In this document: positions 60,785 to 64,000 of the stretch, piece by piece
Position numbering within the stretch: position 1 is the stretch's first letter
Layout of the letters: each line of letters opens with the position of its first letter
Assembly: GCA_963702205.1 (NCBI GenBank)
Contig: OY969724.1
Location: 1,504,001-1,568,000 of the forward strand
DNA: 64,000 nucleotides
Direction of reading: 5' to 3'
Source: an uncultured candidate division Zixibacteria bacterium
Lineage (GTDB): Bacteria > Zixibacteria > MSB-5A5 > GN15 > PGXB01
The notes under the pieces: model-generated
What the model was told of the DNA's origin: nothing
The model's input: only the letters and a program-made list of their open reading frames with translations
The model's database searches: none
Program-made: the position numbers and the translations under genes

Positions 60785-61930
60785 ATGAAAATAGCGGTTA
60801 TTGGTTCGGGGCTGATGGGTCGCGCGGCAGTGTATGATTTAGGCCGTGCCGAAGGTGTCGAAAAGGTCGGGCTGTATGATTTCGATAAGGATCTGGCCGA
60901 AGAAATCGCCCATAAGTATGGCAACGACATAACGACGGCAGGATATATCGACGCCGGTGAAACGGATAAGGCGGCGGAGATTCTGTCTGATTATGATGCC
61001 TGTATCTCGGCCGTTACTTATAAGTACAATCCCGGCCTGACAAAAGCGGCGATAAAAGCGAAAACGCATTTTTTCGATCTGGGCGGCAACAACGACGTGG
61101 TCGCTTCGCAGTTCGAAATGAACGATGAAGCCGCCGAAGCGGGCGTGCTGGTAATTCCCGACTGCGGTCTGGCGCCGGGGATGGTTTCGATCCTGGCAGC
61201 GGCCGGCATTAAAGAATTTGACCGGGTTGCCTCGTTGAAAATTCGCGTCGGCGGTCTTCCCCAGAATCCGCGCCCGCCGCTGGATTATCAGTTGGTTTTC
61301 TCTCCCGAAGGTTTAATAAACGAATACTGGGAGCCGGTGGTAATTCTCGAAGAAGGAAAAAAGAAAACGGTTAATCCCATGACCGGCTTGGAGTCACTTG
61401 AGTTCGATGGCATCGGCGAACTGGAGGCGTTTTATACGTCGGGGGGGACGTCAACTCTTCCCGATACTTATCAGGGCCTGGTCGATTTCCTCGATTATAA
61501 AACTATTCGCTATCCCGGTCACTGCAAAGTATTCAAGCCGATGCTGGAAATCGGCCTGGGGTCGCGTAGCCCGGTAAAGGTCGGCGGTAATGAGGTCGAG
61601 CCGCGAGCGGTCTTTAAAAAAGTCCTCGAAAAGAACCTGCCGCATAACGAGCCCGATCTGGTCCTGGTTCGTCTGGAATTCGGAGGCGCTCTGGCCGGTG
61701 TACCCAAGAAGCTGGTTTATGAAATTATTGACCGCAAAGATCCCAGGACAGAATTGACGGCGATGATGCGTACGACGGCCTTCCCGGTGGCGATCATCGC
61801 CTGGATGGCCTGCGCCGGCAAGATAGAAAAAAGGGGAGTGATTCCCCAGGAAGTCGCGGTCGATCCGCAGTTTTTTATCGGCCAGCTAAAAAAACGCGAT
61901 ATAAAACTGTACATACACGATCGGGTTTAA
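60785..61930 (+). CDS. Saccharopine dehydrogenase / lysine 6-dehydrogenase family protein
   Basis: 'GSGLMG', 'DLGG', 'CGLAPG', 'VGGLP', 'GLINEY', 'YKTIRYPGH', 'AMMRTT'. Confidence 0.9.
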   Translation: MKIAVIGSGLMGRAAVYDLGRAEGVEKVGLYDFDKDLAEEIAHKYGNDITTAGYIDAGETDKAAEILSDYDACISAVTYKYNPGLTKAAIKAKTHFFDLGGNNDVVASQFEMNDEAAEAGVLVIPDCGLAPGMVSILAAAGIKEFDRVASLKIRVGGLPQNPRPPLDYQLVFSPEGLINEYWEPVVILEEGKKKTVNPMTGLESLEFDGIGELEAFYTSGGTSTLPDTYQGLVDFLDYKTIRYPGHCKVFKPMLEIGLGSRSPVKVGGNEVEPRAVFKKVLEKNLPHNEPDLVLVRLEFGGALAGVPKKLVYEIIDRKDPRTELTAMMRTTAFPVAIIAWMACAGKIEKRGVIPQEVAVDPQFFIGQLKKRDIKLYIHDRV

Positions 61931-61948
61931 GACTACCGTCAAATGATT

Positions 61949-62236
61949 TTAATCAGGAATGGTAAGTTCGACGTCACCATAAACCCGCGTCTGACACGCC
62001 AGGCGTGATTTGTTGGGGATATATTCGGTCATTTCCAGCAGTTCCAGTTCCTCCGCGCTCATTTCGCTGAGATGGTCGTGGCCGTCTTCTATATGTACCT
62101 GGCAGGTTCCGCAAACGCCGTTGGCGCCGCAGTCGTTGTTGATGTCGATGTCGTTGTCGAGCGCGGCTTCGAGTATCGATGTGCCTTCGGCGACCTCTAT
62201 TTCCATATTAATGTTCTGAATTTTTATTTTCGGCAC
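61949..62236 (-). CDS. 2Fe-2S ferredoxin (adrenodoxin/ISC Fdx-like)
   Basis: 'CGANGVCGTC...SRLACQ'; likely GTG start at 62236. Confidence 0.92.
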   Translation of the reverse strand: MPKIKIQNINMEIEVAEGTSILEAALDNDIDINNDCGANGVCGTCQVHIEDGHDHLSEMSAEELELLEMTEYIPNKSRLACQTRVYGDVELTIPD

Positions 62237-62375
62237 GGAAGCCTTCTTCTTTGTTATTTTCTCAGAATTAACCCGTCGGCGGCACAATTGTTCCAATAAT
62301 AGACCTACAATGTATAATTTGACGCTTTGAATCTATATTTTGGGGTGATAATGTCTATTTTGGTCCAAAAAAGAC

Positions 62376-62413
62376 TTGAAAATATTGTGAAATATGTCCA
62401 TATTAAGTGGTCA
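62376..62413 (+). promoter_or_regulatory. sigma70 promoter of the Rrf2 gene overlapped by an imperfect palindrome
   Basis: TTGAAA-N17-CATATT; TGTCCA-N7-TGGTCA spans the -10 element. Confidence 0.45.
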
Positions 62414-62468
62414 ATGTAACGTATATAGATGGTGATATCAACTTATATATGTTTGAGGGATTTGGAAA

Positions 62469-62879
62469 ATGCAATTATCGAGAAAAGCCGATTATGCACT
62501 TAGAGCGGTGACTCACTTCGCGAGTTTGCCCAAAGGCAAGCTGGCATCAATAGGTACCGTGGCAGAAGCTCAACAGATACCCCGGGAATTTCTGGCCAAG
62601 ATTTTAAAAGACCTGACCTGGGCGGGCATACTGGTATCGTACCAGGGCGTCACCGGCGGTTACCGTCTGGCCCGGGCCCCCAAGGATATCAGCTTCCTTA
62701 ACGTTATCGAAGCGATGGAAGGCCCGATATCTTTGAATCTGTGCACGCAGGAAAATCGCTGCGAATGTGAGCGTATGAACACCTGCAAGATGCGAGATTT
62801 CTGGGTCAAACAGGAAGACTATTTCAAGAAAGCTCTGGGGCGGGCCAATTTCGCACGGTACAAAGCCGGTGGACGTTAA
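62469..62879 (+). CDS. Rrf2 family regulator (IscR/NsrR-like, Cys-rich)
   Basis: 'DYALRA', 'FLAKIL', 'G..GGY.LAR', 'CTQENRCECERMNTC'. Confidence 0.94.
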   Translation: MQLSRKADYALRAVTHFASLPKGKLASIGTVAEAQQIPREFLAKILKDLTWAGILVSYQGVTGGYRLARAPKDISFLNVIEAMEGPISLNLCTQENRCECERMNTCKMRDFWVKQEDYFKKALGRANFARYKAGGR

Positions 62880-62918
62880 GTCGACCATCTGAGTGTATAT
62901 TAAATTGCGGTCGAATTC

Positions 62919-62945
62919 AGGTCGGGCCTGGCCCGGCCTTTTTTT
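62919..62945 (+). terminator. Rho-independent terminator
   Basis: AGGTCGGGC-CTG-GCCCGGCCT followed by a T-run. Confidence 0.82.
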
Positions 62946-63075
62946 ATTGGTTTTTGCACGAAGGCTCTCTTGCCATATTTAGCGGGCCAATATATATTGA
63001 TTTTCTGCGGAAACGGTTTGATCCATCCGCTTGTTTAAGATGTGCGATGATTTACCCGTATAAGGAGATGTTGCA

Positions 63076-63957
63076 ATGAACTTTGAAGATAAAACTTACA
63101 AAATCAAAGTCGGCCTGGCAGAAATGCTCAAAGGCGGCGTCATCATGGACGTTATCAATCCCGAGCAGGCTCGTATCGCCGAGCAGGCGGGAGCCGTGGC
63201 CGTGATGGCTCTCGAAAGAGTACCATCGGATATTCGCGCCGAGGGCGGCGTCGCGCGTATGGCCGATCCCGATATTATTGAGGGCATCAAGAAGGCAGTT
63301 TCTATCCCGGTGATGGCCAAGTGCCGTATCGGTCATTTTGCCGAAGCGGAAATTCTGGAAGCGCTCGAAGTTGACTTTGTCGATGAATCCGAAGTCCTGA
63401 CCCCGGCCGACAACGCCAATCATGTCGACAAGTGGCGTTTTAAGGTACCGTTCGTGTGCGGCTGCCGCAATCTGGGTGAAGCGCTGCGGCGCATTTCCGA
63501 GGGCGCGGCCATGATCCGTACCAAGGGTGAAGCCGGGACCGGCGACGTTTCCGAAGCGGTGCGTCACATTCGTGAGGTCAACCGCGACCTGAAGCGCCTG
63601 ACGGTTCTGCCCCAGGATGAGCTTTACACTGCCGCCAGGGAGCTGCGTGTCCCGTTGACGCTGGTGCAGATGGTGGCCGAGTCCGGTCGCCTGCCGGTGC
63701 CCAATTTTGCCGCCGGGGGAGTGGCAACGCCGGCCGATGCCGCGCTTGTGATGAAACTCGGCGCCGAATCGGTTTTTGTCGGCAGTGGCATTTTCAAGTC
63801 ATCCAATCCCGAAAAACGGGCGAGGGCGATTGTGACCGCCGTGGCGCAGTACAACGACCCCAAAGCTCTGGCCGAGTGCAGCCGCAATCTGGGCGAAGCC
63901 ATGAAAGGCGTCCAGGCGTCGGCGCTGCCCGATGAAGAACTGCTGCAGGTCAGATAA
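63076..63957 (+). CDS. pdxS: Pyridoxal 5'-phosphate synthase lyase subunit
   Basis: '[13 protein letters not shown]', 'AVMALERVP', '[10 protein letters not shown]', '[14 protein letters not shown]'. Confidence 0.98.
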   Translation: MNFEDKTYKIKVGLAEMLKGGVIMDVINPEQARIAEQAGAVAVMALERVPSDIRAEGGVARMADPDIIEGIKKAVSIPVMAKCRIGHFAEAEILEALEVDFVDESEVLTPADNANHVDKWRFKVPFVCGCRNLGEALRRISEGAAMIRTKGEAGTGDVSEAVRHIREVNRDLKRLTVLPQDELYTAARELRVPLTLVQMVAESGRLPVPNFAAGGVATPADAALVMKLGAESVFVGSGIFKSSNPEKRARAIVTAVAQYNDPKALAECSRNLGEAMKGVQASALPDEELLQVR

Positions 63958-64000
63958 GATTCTGTCACCAAAGGTATCATCATGGGCCCGTCAATAAACA

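Noticed and set aside
63982..64000. Start of pdxT
   Set aside because: Plausible by synteny with pdxS, but only six codons are visible.

Overview
About 64 kb of bacterial chromosome with moderate GC and dense, mostly + strand coding. The LpxC-FabZ fusion, the secreted proteins with FlgD/T9SS-like C-termini or dockerin, and the sigma54-driven pilins suggest an FCB-related diderm such as candidate phylum Zixibacteria (inference only). In order it holds: the end of a surface-polysaccharide locus; a DRG/TGS GTPase; tRNA-Ile2(CAU) and tRNA-Val(CAC); zinc-ribbon, guaB, rnpB and recJ; a B12-dependent acyl-CoA mutase/propionyl-CoA carboxylase cluster with two mutase large subunits (one isobutyryl-CoA type, one methylmalonyl-CoA type); a minus-strand DUF169/URO-D/BlaI/RanBP2-zinc-finger block; a PilR-like activator with two paralogous type IV pilins; a ~1 kb mosaic of palindromic repeats (a 61-bp tandem array with seven dRS3-like cores and a nested MITE); GT-C and GT4 glycosyltransferases; several large secreted proteins; a lipid A operon with a GnnA-like oxidoreductase; then nadB, guaA, a polyprenyl synthase, ferredoxin/Rrf2 and pdxS. 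recJ, the second mutase and nadB each carry a single-base frameshift, probably a sequencing indel. No cas genes, integrase or transposase are present. All family calls come from motif recognition by eye; no searches were run.
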